A stretch of DNA of 61,245 nucleotides, counting the filler, from Hausera hauseri (lineage: Eukaryota), in NCBI GenBank assembly GCA_046269625.1. It is 11 parts of 11 records of this genome, joined end to end, with 100 filler letters (N's around TTAATTAATTAA, not from the genome) between each part and the next. Parts side by side here need not be neighbours in the genome. Positions count along the whole stretch, not along the records: positions 22,266 to 27,018 come from JBJURY010449468.1; positions 27,119 to 31,324 come from JBJURY010701771.1; positions 31,425 to 37,240 come from JBJURY010184083.1; 8 more parts are not named here. One strand, written 5' to 3'. The notes below the pieces were generated by a model. The model was not told the origin of the DNA. It saw only the letters and a program-made list of their open reading frames with translations, and did not search any database. Position numbers and translations under genes: made by a program. Each line of letters starts with the position of its first letter. The first letter of the stretch is position 1. Of this stretch, positions 24,640 to 36,229 are shown one piece after another.

Positions 24640-25860
24640 TCTGTTTCGTAATTCTGGACAGTTGCATACATTTTTCTATTTCTACTTCGTTGTCCATACT
24701 CCTTCCTGGAGCTTCGTGTAAAAATCTTTATTGTCAATATCAGCAACCCTTTCTCATACCCGCTATTTGTTTTTTATGAAGTTAATCATTATTTCAAATA
24801 ATTTTGAACTTCATTACATTTCTATTAATTCGAACAAAGTTCCCAAATGTTGTTCAATCATTCCTGGCAAGTCCTTTCCTGACCGTATTTGTGACGACTA
24901 CACCTTCTGTTAACCTACGGGTCCAAGTAATCTACCCTAGCAGTTTCGTGAAGTCACCGAAAATCAGCTTCATTATTTTGTGGATCATCAGTAATCGGAT
25001 CAGATAATTGGTTGAAGAATGTTCAACTATCAATGGAAGATTCAAGACATTCATTTGTCTAGACTTGAATATTTTTCTTGGTGAATCAAGTCAAGATAAG
25101 TCCGATCCAGAATTATCAAATTCAGTGGCAAAGTTTTGCCCATAAACTACCTTTACCAGACAATCGAATCCTCTGGAGGAGTTAGCAGCAGTTAACAATT
25201 TATGTCAAGGAGATGATGGAACGTTTCTCGCATTTGAAATCATAGTTCGGTAAACAGTGGATACAATCTTCATTAGAGAAAAGAACAGTTTATTCGAGAA
25301 ATTCTCACAAAGTCATTAATCTCTCAAATATTATTATTTGTCTTCAAACCAAAAATGACGAAGGAGAAAATGGACGAAAGAGCAAAGATCTTCAAAGGTA
25401 GCAATGTTGTGAAAGAAAATGTTGACATTTTCCCAAAAAGAAATGGATCAACGAAGCTCTTCGAAATTCCTGTTCTGACCAAACAAAACACTACCTTTCC
25501 TGTATAATTTGCTTCCAGTTTCACAAAACAGTCTCTATCAGTGTAACTGCACAGAATTGATAATACAACCTTTTCCTCTTACGGCTGATACGGAGAGAAC
25601 ACATGTCCATCAACGTTTATTTGAGTAAATGGCAACTGTACCCTTTCAAATATAAAGTTGTTTTCACAATACGTTGCAATTTTCCTTACTCGTTTTTTGT
25701 TGTATAACTTCCTTTGCAATTGCCTTCTTCGTTACCATGATAACAATTTTGTTGTTTGTTTTGTCAGCGTGGTTCATTTTTTATTTATCTACAGTCCGTT
25801 TGGCCTTGCTTTCTAAATTTGAAGCACACTGCTTTAAACGTATCATGACTTTCTGATTTG
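24640..25860 (-). pseudogene. Heavily decayed coding-like tract, possibly a FLYWCH/MULE transposase
   Basis: Only weak motif traces (CASN..KAK..NHAD, VDGHVF, TN..NIW) with many stops. Confidence 0.25.
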
Positions 25861-26899
25861 TTTTACTAAAGTTTCGACATAGCAACTAAACCGAAATTAT
25901 TGTGTTTTTTACCAAGGCCCAAAAATGATTCAGTACTTCTTAAAGATTAATATGATCTATCAAGCATGAAACAGATTATTGGATTCGAATGTATAACGGC
26001 AGTTCACTGATTCATACGCAAATATCGCCAACACTACTCATTGTGTTTGAACTTTGCTTAAGGTAACTTCGTATTATCTGGTCAATTTTCATGAACTGAG
26101 AATGCATCATCGCAAAGAAAAATGGCACAACTGCTCTAAACTTTCAATATTCTGCAACTTGGCCCACCAGTTCCACCTTCGTTATCCATGCTTTAGTAGT
26201 CTGATGGGCTATCGAATTGTTTTACTAAGTTCGAAATTTTTTGACTTTTATTGTTGTGAAAGCTTGTATTCTAGTTAGAGTATAAGAGACTGGGCAATTA
26301 TTTAAAAATTAACCACGTTCCATGCATCACGCATTTAGATATTATGTTAAAGTCTCCTTCATCCTGAAAATTATGTAATCTACTTCCTCTCGTTAGACTT
26401 TAATATTGTACAACAATCGTTGCGTATATGTGAACAGAAATGTTTTTAATAAGTTTACCGTTTCTAGGTTTCAATTTGAATTATTCTAAATAAATTAATC
26501 ATGTTTCAAATTTATGTGAGTCTAGACTAAATGTATATTGACATATGTGTCTATGTTTATAATTTGCAATTTTAATTAAGCTTCAATTGTTGCTTAATGT
26601 TAAAATATTCTCAAATTGAAGTATATCACTTCATTGCAAAATGTTTATTCTTTACTAGAATTTACTGACTGTATTTTGAGGTTTTCGAAATGAATGTTGT
26701 TGAAAATAGTTATATATATATATATACCTGTCGCCAAAAGTATATTGACTTTTCAAAAATCCATATTTTGAAACAATGATTAATATGTAAGAACAATCCT
26801 GGTAGTAAGAGAACTAGAAGACTCCATATCAATTTATTAAAACTACCATAACACTCATATTATTTGAACAAATCACATTTTCTAACTTTCATCTCTCTC

Positions 26900-27018
26900 T
26901 GTTTTATCGTTTGACGTCACTCTTTTCAAGCACTCGATTCGCCTGGGTTTCAGTCTATTTGGAAATTGTGGTACTGCCTGATGTGGAGTAAGGAATTTAA
27001 CTATTCGGTATGGTCCTT
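26900..27018 (-). mobile_element. Gypsy integrase C-terminal GPY/F fragment
   Basis: Minus-strand frame GPYRIVKFLTPHQAV...IECLKR. Confidence 0.45.
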
Positions 27019-27199
27019 NNNNNNNNNNNNNNNNNNNNNNNNNNNNNNNNNNNNNNNNNNNNTTAATTAATTAANNNNNNNNNNNNNNNNNNNNNNNNNN
27101 NNNNNNNNNNNNNNNNNNTGACCATTTTTTGTAGAAACCCTGTGAGATTCATAACATTTTTCGGGGCTAGATTAGAACTCCCTACAAATGTTGGTAATC

Positions 27200-27660
27200 T
27201 TTTGATATTATTCAAGTTTGATTTGAGTCAGAGCGAGTTGGAGAAGAAATCCAAATCCTATATGGACTTACATTAATCTTTTGAATTCTGTTCCCAGTTT
27301 CAATCCATTTCACTCTGATCGAATATATTTTGGCGGTTTTCTTCTAAAGAAGCACTGTAAACAAAAAGACAATCGTCCTTCTTGTCAATCCAAAATAATC
27401 CATTCGCTATCCAATCAAGCTGCAATTTCCATATTTTATCGCTTGATTCTAATATTGATTTATTGCAGCCGTTTTCATTAATAATCATAGAAATAAAGCC
27501 AATTCAGCTACACTTGGTGATTCATTAGAAATATCGCCCTTTGGATTAAATACTCCATAAAAATAACAACACAATATGACCAAATGACATTGTCTCCTGC
27601 ATGTTTTTTGTCAGGGATTTCCACTGCATTTGCTACATTTTGATCAGAAAGTCCATAAAT
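27200..27660 (-). pseudogene. Disrupted gene fragment with a YWTD (LDLR class B)-like repeat
   Basis: KLQLDWIANGLFWIDKKDDCLFV resembles the LAVDWxxxNLYWTD propeller repeat; flanking frames broken. Confidence 0.35.
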
Positions 27661-27667
27661 GGAAAAT

Positions 27668-27760
27668 TTCTCCCCAGGAGGATAACAGGCTCCGGCTAAT
27701 GAGACCATCAGGGTGAAACCGTCGCACCCGACCGTGTCCGGCCAAAGTGGGCCGGAGGGC
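27668..27760 (+). ncRNA. Ribozyme-like structured GC island (hammerhead-like CTAATGA...GAAAC; alternative HDV-like reading)
   Basis: CTAATGA (27696-27702), ACC/GGT stem, GAAA, GTCG/CGAC stem, then hairpin TCCGGCC/GGCCGGA (27737-27756). Confidence 0.35.
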
Positions 27761-28122
27761 CTCAAGGCATGGTTGTCACCACATCACCACGTGGCTGAGT
27801 TGAGATCTATAAAGTGAGGTAAAAATTAAACAGAAAATGGCGAAAAATAATTGCTTTTAGTTAGTGTTAGTTAAACGAGACGTTGAGTGCCTTCTACTGA
27901 TTTTTCCCTGCTATACTTACTAAATGTCACTGGGTGCTTTGTTTGTGTACTTTGCGTTCGATTACAGAGTTGTACGTTGAGGTGGAAAGTTTGTTGAATT
28001 TTTTGGCTCAATGTTTTGTGTTGTCTGTATTGAAGAGAGTGACGATTGTGAAGGAAGATTAGTGGAAGAAGAAGCGGAGGACAAAGGTCAGGTAAGATTG
28101 AAAGACTGAAGATTTGATGAAG

Positions 28123-28355
28123 CATGAAGGAAAGATTCGTGATGAGTTGGAGAATAATGAAGAGATTGAAAGGTTAATGAAGATTAAGAAGAAGAATCAA
28201 GGAAGGATTTTTTGTGAGGTGGAGAAGAATCCAGAGATTAAGTGGTTGATGAAAGTTGAAAAAAGGGATCATGAAGGGATTGTTTGCGAGATGAAGAAGA
28301 ATAAGATGATTGAATGTTTGATGAAGGCTGGAGAAAGGCATCAAGGAAAGATTTA
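28123..28355. repeat. Degenerate 72-bp purine-rich tandem repeat (~3.3 units)
   Basis: The + frame shows a 24-aa period: HEGKIRDELENNEEIERLMKIKKK / NQGRIFCEVEKNPEIKWLMKVEKR / DHEGIVCEMKKNKMIECLMKAGER. Confidence 0.7.
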
Positions 28356-28479
28356 TTGGTAAATGAAATAGAAGGCTGGGTAAAAACGTCAAAAGGTTTA
28401 TTCTTAGGTAGAATAGCATTATCAGGTTTGCCGTCGACGAAGAATTCCGGTTTGATGTTGGCGATGTGCACCGAGAATT

Positions 28480-30560
28480 ATTGTCCGATTTTAAGGATTA
28501 TAGTAGTGTGTGACTTCAAAAGAATTAACTTGAATGGCCCAAAGTACTGAGGTTGGAAACCATGCGATACTGGATTTTTCAAGCAGACAAATTCAACTCT
28601 ATACACGGTGTTTGATATGTATGATTTATTGTAGTTTATAATTTTACAAAACGAATCATTATTCAGTGCAACAAAATGTTCCTGCGCAGCGCGAATTGCC
28701 TCGTCAGTGGGTGTTCCATCACACGCTGCCTACTTGAAAAGCGAATGCACTGGTGTGCCAGAAAGCGCCTCAGACTGTGAGAAGCCAGTAGTTGTGGATG
28801 GGGTGTTCCGTCATCTAAGTAGGACGTAAGACAGAAGGTTTCCAGTGTGGATTGGATTCTACTAGTATTTTAAGGGAGATTTTCATCGTGCGATGAAACA
28901 CTCCAGTAGTTTATTCGAGTGGAGATGATAAGGTGTTGTTTGTATAGGCTTGATCCCTAGTCGATTTAAGAGTGATTTCAAAAGATTCGACTCAAATTTA
29001 GCGCCTTGGTCCATGACTAAATCACCTAGGTGAGCCAAATCTGCTAAGCCATGTGCGTATGAACACCTACGCAATCGTCTCAGTGATGGTGGAACGAAGT
29101 AGAGCGGCTTCTGGTGATATAGATGCACGGTTTATCATAGTAAGGATGAACTGATGGCCATTGTCTGGTGGTAGTGGACCAACTATGCCTATGTGGACTG
29201 TGCCAAAACATGATGTGCAGGGAAAATGATAGAGTGACGGCTTGAGGTGTTTGGCTACTTTAAACTTTTGGATTGCCGCACACTCCCTAACCCGGTCCTG
29301 CACATCTGTTCTCATTGGTGGCCATGTGATTTGGCGTTTAAGAAGGCGATAAGTAGCTTTGGATCCTGGATGATGCAGTTTTTTGCAAAATAGGCGATAG
29401 AATAATTTTCGTGAATCTAGGATTGGAGGTGTCCAAAGCTACACCATCAATGCTTTTGTAAGATTCTAAGGCAGAGAGAATGGAGTCATCTGGATGGTTC
29501 TGTGCGTGAAATCAGAAGACGTTTGGAGTACTCTGTTGCTGGTACCGTAGAAAGTAACCCCCTGTCAAAAGTCGAATAGCGTTGTTCGATTTTTGTGAAT
29601 TTTCGGGAGAAAAATTCAAGAGGTTGATGAGACCCGTCCTTGAATTGATGGAGTACTGTGTCTATTCTTAGGAAAAATTCCTATTGACGATCAGGATATG
29701 CAAGAATTTTCTCAGTTTTTAGGTTTTCGTTGAGGTTGACTAAGTCATCAGTCCAGTCAATGGATTGTTTCTTCTAACCGGAACTGAGTGAGTCATATGA
29801 TGTCGTAAGTGTTTAGCAATGGGACACATACTTGTGCACAAAGTGAAGTGTTCCGAGAATGGCACGCATTTCTGCTGATGTAAGTGGCAGTTGGATATTT
29901 TTGACTTTAGTTTATGCGGTCTTGCTGAGAAGAGTGGCCAAATTGAGTGTAAATGTGCCCAAAAAAGTGGAATTTGTGTTGGAAGAAAGAACATTTGGCA
30001 AAGTCCACTTTGAGGTTGTTTTGGTGAAGGCATCAGAAAATTAAGCGCAACTTTTCAGCATATTGTTTGGGAGACGACGAGGCAATGAGTATGTCGTCTA
30101 TATATGGAAAGGTCACGTCTGTGCCAGCGAGAAGTATGTTCATGTGCCTTTGGAATATCTGTGAGGCACTACGAAGACCAAAAGGCATGTAGACATATTG
30201 GAAGAGGTCGAAAGGTGTTATTACAACTGTTTTCGGTATGTCAGCGACAGTGACTAGTATTCAATGATATGCCTTATCGAGATCAATAGATGAAAAGATT
30301 GTTGTACCGTGCAGTCTTGGAAGATGTCGTTGATCAATGACAGCGGCTATGCGTCTATGATCACCAGACTGTTTAATTGGCGATAGTCGCCACGAAATCT
30401 GAAGGTGCCTCTTTCTTGGGTACGACGTGTAAGGGTGAAGCCCGTGGTGATTTGGAACTTCTTATGATACCAGCATTCTGTATGGTTTGAAATTCGTCGA
30501 CTGCGGCTTTTCTGCGACGTAGTAAAGAGATCGTAGTTTCTGACAAAGTGGTCATTGGTT
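28480..30560 (-). mobile_element. Decayed Gypsy (CsRN1-like) pol (RT to integrase), same family as the contig 1 element
   Basis: GIIRSSKSPRASPLHVVPKK, MPFGLR, YIDDIL, FGTVHIGIVGPLPPDNGHQFILT and DQGAKFES motifs; 29150-29480 is visibly colinear with 6360-6720. Confidence 0.9.
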
Positions 30561-30899
30561 GAATGTTACTATGTAGTGAAATGCGTTTGAGTGGATCTTT
30601 TTAAAAATTTTTGTGCATTGAGTGATGATAAATGCAGGTAGAAGAAAGAGAGCACACGGTACCAACCGCAGTGCTGAAGGAAAATCGATGTGGTTCGCTG
30701 ATGACTTGTGGGATAAAAAGATGATAAACACATGCACGATTAATAGGGTGCAGATAGCCGGCACACAGTTATGAAAGTGATACACACAAGCATGTGTACT
30801 GCACAGTTTGTACGTGGTTTTAAAATTTTGAATTTCGAGCCCAATTTTTTTTGTTTAAATTTTGGTATATTGCCCGCTTTGTTTTTATTTCGCAAAGTT

Positions 30900-30927
30900 T
30901 ATAAATACTGGCGTGAAAGTGTCAGTT
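30900..30927 (+). promoter_or_regulatory. TATA box plus TCAGTT initiator directly upstream of ATG 30928
   Basis: TATAAATA at 30900-30907 and TCAGTT at 30922-30927. Confidence 0.55.
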
Positions 30928-31233
30928 ATGAAAATGTCTCAACCAACTAGTTCAGATAGCTTGGCCTTATTTCAATCAAAAGTAACTGCTTATTCAGCAG
31001 TGATTAATTTGAAACAAGAAATTCATCTAGGATTACATGAAGTGCAGGACCTGTTGACTACCGCATATGATCTTGGTTATGTAGCACCCGAGATTCTGTT
31101 GGAGGTAATACAAAGCAGGCTGATTAATGTTTCTCCGATGATTGATAAAGTAATTAGAATGGTAGAAGAATGGGAAAACAGTCAGAAGGAACTAAACAAT
31201 ATGATTTTTGAATTTAATAAATATGGACATTGA
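30928..31233 (+). CDS. Intact 101-aa helical ORFan, intronless
   Basis: MKMSQPTSS...FNKYGH, with an upstream TATA/Inr and AATAAA at ~31256; no recognisable family. Confidence 0.5.
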   Translation: MKMSQPTSSDSLALFQSKVTAYSAVINLKQEIHLGLHEVQDLLTTAYDLGYVAPEILLEVIQSRLINVSPMIDKVIRMVEEWENSQKELNNMIFEFNKYGH

Positions 31234-31949
31234 ATTTTTTGTACATTTATAATATAATAAATTTTGTATTCAGTGACTTATTTTTATTTCTATTTTGTAT
31301 TTAGTGGCCTGTTATTTTTTCATTNNNNNNNNNNNNNNNNNNNNNNNNNNNNNNNNNNNNNNNNNNNNTTAATTAATTAANNNNNNNNNNNNNNNNNNNN
31401 NNNNNNNNNNNNNNNNNNNNNNNNTGAAACATTCAACATTTGCTTAATTTTTTAACTCCCAACCTGGAGTATTCATCACAAGTGCTGACTTCCCGAGATT
31501 GCGACAATGTTTCTCCTTTCAAGGTATCTGATTCAGTTAAGGTTTCTAGTCTAAAATACAGATAATTTCTTTCTTCTTTGTCTTTTGGTGAGTTTGGGGG
31601 TGTCTTGGTGGGTCTGTGGGTGTCTGGTGTGTGTGGATTGGGGGAGGAATGCAGAATTTTGGGGGACTCTGGGGAGGTTTGTGTGTACCTGTGGGGTTCT
31701 GGGTGGTTCTCTGGAGGTGGGAGGTTCTTCTAGGTTATGGGGAATCTAGTAGTGCTTGTGGGGGCATCCAAATCTGTAATATATTCATAGCTGTGATGTT
31801 CAGAAAGGTTTGGGGGGGCTGTAAAATGCAGTCATTTTCAAGCAATTTTCCTAAAACCTGCATTTTTCTGGAAACTTATCACACTAATCAGGCAATATTT
31901 TATTATAGCAGTGGAATATCCAGAACAAGATAACTTGATGAAACTCTGG

Positions 31950-32240
31950 GAGTGATAAAAATGTATTTTTCAGGTGCTAATTACACACTTCAACTGCTGA
32001 TTTGGGAAACAAGATCTGCTTTTCCCTGCAAGTTTGGTGTCACTGCGAAGGGCTAAAACTGACCTACAGAGTGATCCAGTCCCACATTTTTTGTGATGTT
32101 TTTGAGTGGATCTGGCACAGTAAATGTTCATCTAAATCTGATGACTGGAGTGAAGTTGACAGATTTTCTTCAAAAATGCGCAAGTTTAATGTCTCACTCC
32201 AAGTCACTTGTGAATACTATCAAGACCAGACCCTGTTTAT
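31950..32240. repeat. ~290-bp repeat with inverted copies at ~36510-36750 and ~36850-37145
   Basis: GTGATAAAAATGTATTTTTCAGGTG...GATTTGGGAAACAAGATCTGCTTTTCC...CAAGACCAGACCCTGTTT matches the reverse complement of both downstream copies. Confidence 0.85.
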
Positions 32241-32302
32241 CATAAACTACATGTTACAAGTCCAATAATTCTCAGTCAGGTCATCTGGACAGTTTTTTTT
32301 TT

Positions 32303-32345
32303 ATGAAACGTTTCACCCTCCATCCGAAGGGCATCATCAGTCAGA
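32303..32345 (-). ncRNA. Penelope-type minimal hammerhead ribozyme
   Basis: Minus strand TGA-CTGATGA-tGCCCTT(CGGATG)GAGGGT-GAAACGTT-TCA: intact core, 6-bp stem II, palindromic AACGTT stem III and 3-bp stem I. Confidence 0.75.
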
Positions 32346-32949
32346 GGAGTTCCAGCAAACTGTTCCACTCAGCAGTAAACAACTTAAGTGAACCAACCAG
32401 TTTGCTGGAGTCAAGATGGTTTCTGGAGGCCAGCCGGTCCCTCGTTGACTCCTCCCAGTCAGGCAGCCACAGCCAAAGTGGTTCAAAGCAAGAAAGTTCA
32501 TTCTCAATAATCCAGGTACCAAATCCAATAATTCTCAATTGGGTCATCTGGACAGTTTCTTTTTTATAGAAACGTTTCACAATCCCATTCCAATCTACTC
32601 CTGACTCACAAGCACCTGTTAAATTATTGTAGATTCCATTTAAAACAGTGTTTATAACAACATTAATCTCAGAATTGAATTTAGTAATTGTCAGTCAGTA
32701 CTAACTTGTCATACCTTATTTGAAAGCTTATGACCTCTAATTTCAAATGAACAAGGTCTGTTGTTTCTCCCTTGAACTACTGGCTTGTAATCAACCATTA
32801 TATTTGTGAATTTTGAACTAAATCTTAAAACTGCATTCCAGATAACCAAATTGAAAGATGAGACTTTGCTCTTTTAAAGGGTGCCAAGCATTAAGTGTTT
32901 GAATCTGTTCTAGGCTGACCCATTTCCATATAACTGTTGATTAGCTGTT

Positions 32950-33100
32950 GAGCCTCTTCACAGACGCATGGCTCAACACAGTAGGCCACCTCCTCTGGAC
33001 AAAACTCAGCTGTTCACCTCCACCTCACAGACAAGGGACACTCTTTTGAGGACCAGAATGTGACTGAGATCACAGATGGTTTGAGAGGGAGAAGCTTTAT
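32950..33100 (+). mobile_element. Penelope GIY-YIG endonuclease fragment
   Basis: EPLHRRMAQH..SSGQNSAVHLHLTDKGHSFEDQNV..DRWFERE. Confidence 0.8.
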
Positions 33101-33227
33101 TTGAGCAAAACCTAATCTTTATTATGACAAATGTACACTTGATTCACAGCTTGTTTCACAGTTTCAGTAACCCAACTACAAACTTGAACAAAGATTAACT
33201 TTGCAGGCAATACAGAGGTAGTTACAT

Positions 33228-33420
33228 GCATCACAAACAGTGATGAGTCCAGCTACAGGCAGGAGGTGGAACACCTGGAGAGCTGGTGCAGGAAGAACAA
33301 CTTTCACATCAGTGTGAATAAGATGAAGGAGATGGGCTTGGACTCTAGAAGGAATAAACACACTGCAGTTTGCACATACCACCTGCCAGCCCCCATCATA
33401 GGAGGACCTGTGTTGGAAGT
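33228..33420 (+). mobile_element. Rex1/Babar-like LINE RT fragment
   Basis: ITNSDESSYRQEVEHLESWCRKNNFHISVNKMKEMGLDSRR. Confidence 0.75.
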
Positions 33421-35790
33421 AATAACTTTGTCAAATTTGAAGCTACTGGGATTTTGAGCAAATCACCCGACTCGGCTCAGTCTGGAGATCAGGAAAAGTG
33501 TGGTGGTTTGGTCAAAGACCTGAGTTTGCTATTTTTAAACATGGGAAAACTCACTGCTGTCTCGTCGGAAGCATGCACGTGCACGGCACACATATTTACT
33601 GATCCAGCTCACCGAGACCTTTCCAATGGTCTCTGGCTCGTCTTTATAACACCTTCCTAGCAAAAGTTATGAGCCTAAATGAAAGCGTTTGCATATGCCA
33701 TATTTCCCCATGTATACGGCACATCCTCAACATTTTTTTTCAAGTGCTGTTTTCCCCTTGGTGATCGAGCCAGCAGCTTTAAACTTACAGGGAAGGGTCA
33801 GCATGTCGACCCGAAGCTGTATGCATGATGAGGCCCATGTGTTCACTCTGGCAAACCTCTGGTACCTGGAGGGGCCGTGCCCAGCTCCTGTGCTGCTCTG
33901 CTGGGTACGAAGTCACCCGTGGCCCCCGGGAACCTGGAGGAACCATACCCAGGCTGGGAGCTCCTCCCCTGTGTATGGGTTCATCCGAGGCCCCCCAGGA
34001 AGCTGAAGGTGCCACACCCAGGCTTGGTGCTCCCTTCCTGGGTGCATGTTACTCCGAGGTGCCCTGGGGAACCTGGAGGAACTGTACACAGCTCTGGTGC
34101 CCCATCCCTGGGTACAGGTTTGTCTGAGGTCCCCTGGGGAACGTGGAGGAACCGTACCCAGCTCTGGTGCCCCATTCCTGGGTATGGGTTCCTCATGTTC
34201 ATGCTGCTGTTGTTTGGCACATTGTTTTATACTATTAGTTTTTAGTTTTTAGTGTATTCAGTGAAAAGTACAAATTTTGGATTTGGAATGATTTAAGTAT
34301 TTTTTGTTTGGCTTGTGATGCTATTAACTTCCTAGGACCTGGCATCCTCATATGCAAGAGTTCAGGTCTTAGGAGGTTTAAGTAACGGAGTAAGGAGAAT
34401 TTTACAAAAAACATTTCAAGCCAATGTTTTCATTGTTTGCTTTTAATAACAATATAGAATTTTTATAGAATTCAAGTCTGTGTCAATATGCATTTCTGAA
34501 CATGTGGTTTAAGTCAGTGGGTAATATCCATTTTGAGTTTTATTAAAAACTATTTAAACTACGCCATCTATTGGCCACATATGTTTTAGGAAAAATACAG
34601 GATACTGTTTTCTATTATACTTTTAAATTGCTAATAACTTTCTCAATTTTGAAGCTACAGAGATTTCAAGCACATATCCCGACTCGACTCGGTTTGGAGA
34701 TCTGGGGAATTGTATTGGTTTAGCCATAGGCCCGAGTTTACTGTTTTTCAATGGGATAAAACTAACTGCTGGCTCTACGGAAGCACGTACATGCACGGCA
34801 CACATATTTTCCAATCCGGCTCGCCGAGACCTTTCCAATGGTATCTGGCTCGTCTTTATAGGACCTTCCTAACCAAAGTTATAAGCCAAAATGAAAGCGT
34901 TTGCGTATGCCATATTTCCCCATGTATACGGCACATACCCAACGTTTTTTTTAAAGTGCTGTTTTCCCCTTGGTGATCAAGCCAGTAGCTTCAAACTTAC
35001 ATGGAAGGATCGTCACGTTGACCCTTTAAGCTGTATGCACAGTTTTGGGCACATGCGTTCACCCTGGCTAACCTCTGGAACCTGGAGGGGCCGTGTCCAG
35101 CTCCTGTGCTGCTCTGCTGGGTACGAAGTCGCCCGAGGCCCCCGGGAACCTGGAGGAACCATACCCAGGCTGGGAGCTCCTCCCCTGTGTATGGGTTCAT
35201 GCGATGCCCCCCAGGAAGCTGGAGGTGCTGCACACAGGCTCGGGGCTCCCTTCCTGGGTACGGGTTACTTCGAGCACCCCAGGGATCCTGGAGGAACCAT
35301 ACCCAGCTCTGGTGCCCCATCCCTGGGTACGAGTTCCTCATCTTCATGCTGTTGTTGTTTGGCACATTGTTTTATACTATTAGTGCTTATTCAGTGAAAA
35401 GTACAGATTTTGGATTTGGAATGATTTAAGTATTTTTTGTTTGGCTTGTGATGTTAATAACCTCCTAGGACCTGGTATCCTCATATGTAAGAGTTCAGGT
35501 ATTTGGAGGTTTAAGTAACAGAGTAAGGAGAATTTTATAAAAAAAACATTTCAAGACAATGTTTTCATTGTTTGTGTTTAATAACAATATATTTTCTTTG
35601 ATTGTTTGTTTTTATTAACAATATAGTAATTTTTATAGAACTCAAGTCTGTGTCTATGCCTTTTTGAACCTGTGGTTTAAGTTGTTGGGTAATACCCAAC
35701 TGGCTTTGAGTTTTATTCAAAACTATGTGAACTATGCCCCCTATTGGCCACATATGTTTTAGGAATAAATACAGGATACTGTTTTCTGCT
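33421..35790. repeat. Diverged ~1.2-kb tandem duplication (33421-34612; 34634-35789), each copy containing a ~70-bp GC-rich minisatellite (about 5 and 4 units)
   Basis: Colinear blocks from AATAACTTT..GAAGCTAC to TACAGGATACTGTTTTCT; GGAACCTGGAGGAACC-type units at 33861, 33929, 33998, 34068, 34138. Confidence 0.9.
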
Positions 35791-36005
35791 CTAATTTTGA
35801 TGATGCTTTATGTATAATAAAGTGAAGGTATAATAAACTTGTGCATCTACCTACATCCCCCCATCAGTTTATACTTTGTGTTCTTGCTATTGTTAGGAAT
35901 CTAAATAGTGTATATATTTTTGTAAATAACATTTCTGTAAAGTTATGATGAACAGTATCTTATTCACAGACCTTGGAGTACTTATCTACCCTAATGTTTT
36001 TGTAG

Positions 36006-36229
36006 GGTCTTCTGAGGAACTACAAAAACTACTGAAGTTTTGGACCGGTTTGAGTGTACCTCCCCAGCACTTGTATCTAGAAGTTTCTCACCAAGAACTC
36101 ACCATGCCGGTAGCCTCAAACTGCATGACAGTGCTAAAACTGCCTCTGAAGTGCTGAAGTTACCAGGTATTCAAAGACAACCTTCATGTATCTGTGAAAA
36201 GTACAGATTTTGAATTTGGAATGATTTAA
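36006..36229 (+). pseudogene. HECT E3 ligase C-lobe last exon (G2E3-like) with one in-frame TGA
   Basis: LLKFWTGLSVPP..MPVASNCMTVLKLPLKC*SYQVFKDNL..STDFEFGMI*; AG acceptor at 36004-36005. Confidence 0.7.

Noticed and set aside
25540-25680. Helitron PIF1 helicase motif (RVQLPF..HVFS)
   Set aside because: The diagnostic TINKSQG and GQLYVALSR motifs are not recoverable in any frame.
33689-35429. Many overlapping Pro/Gly-rich ORFs
   Set aside because: By-products of the GC-rich 70-bp minisatellite, which is open in several frames on both strands.
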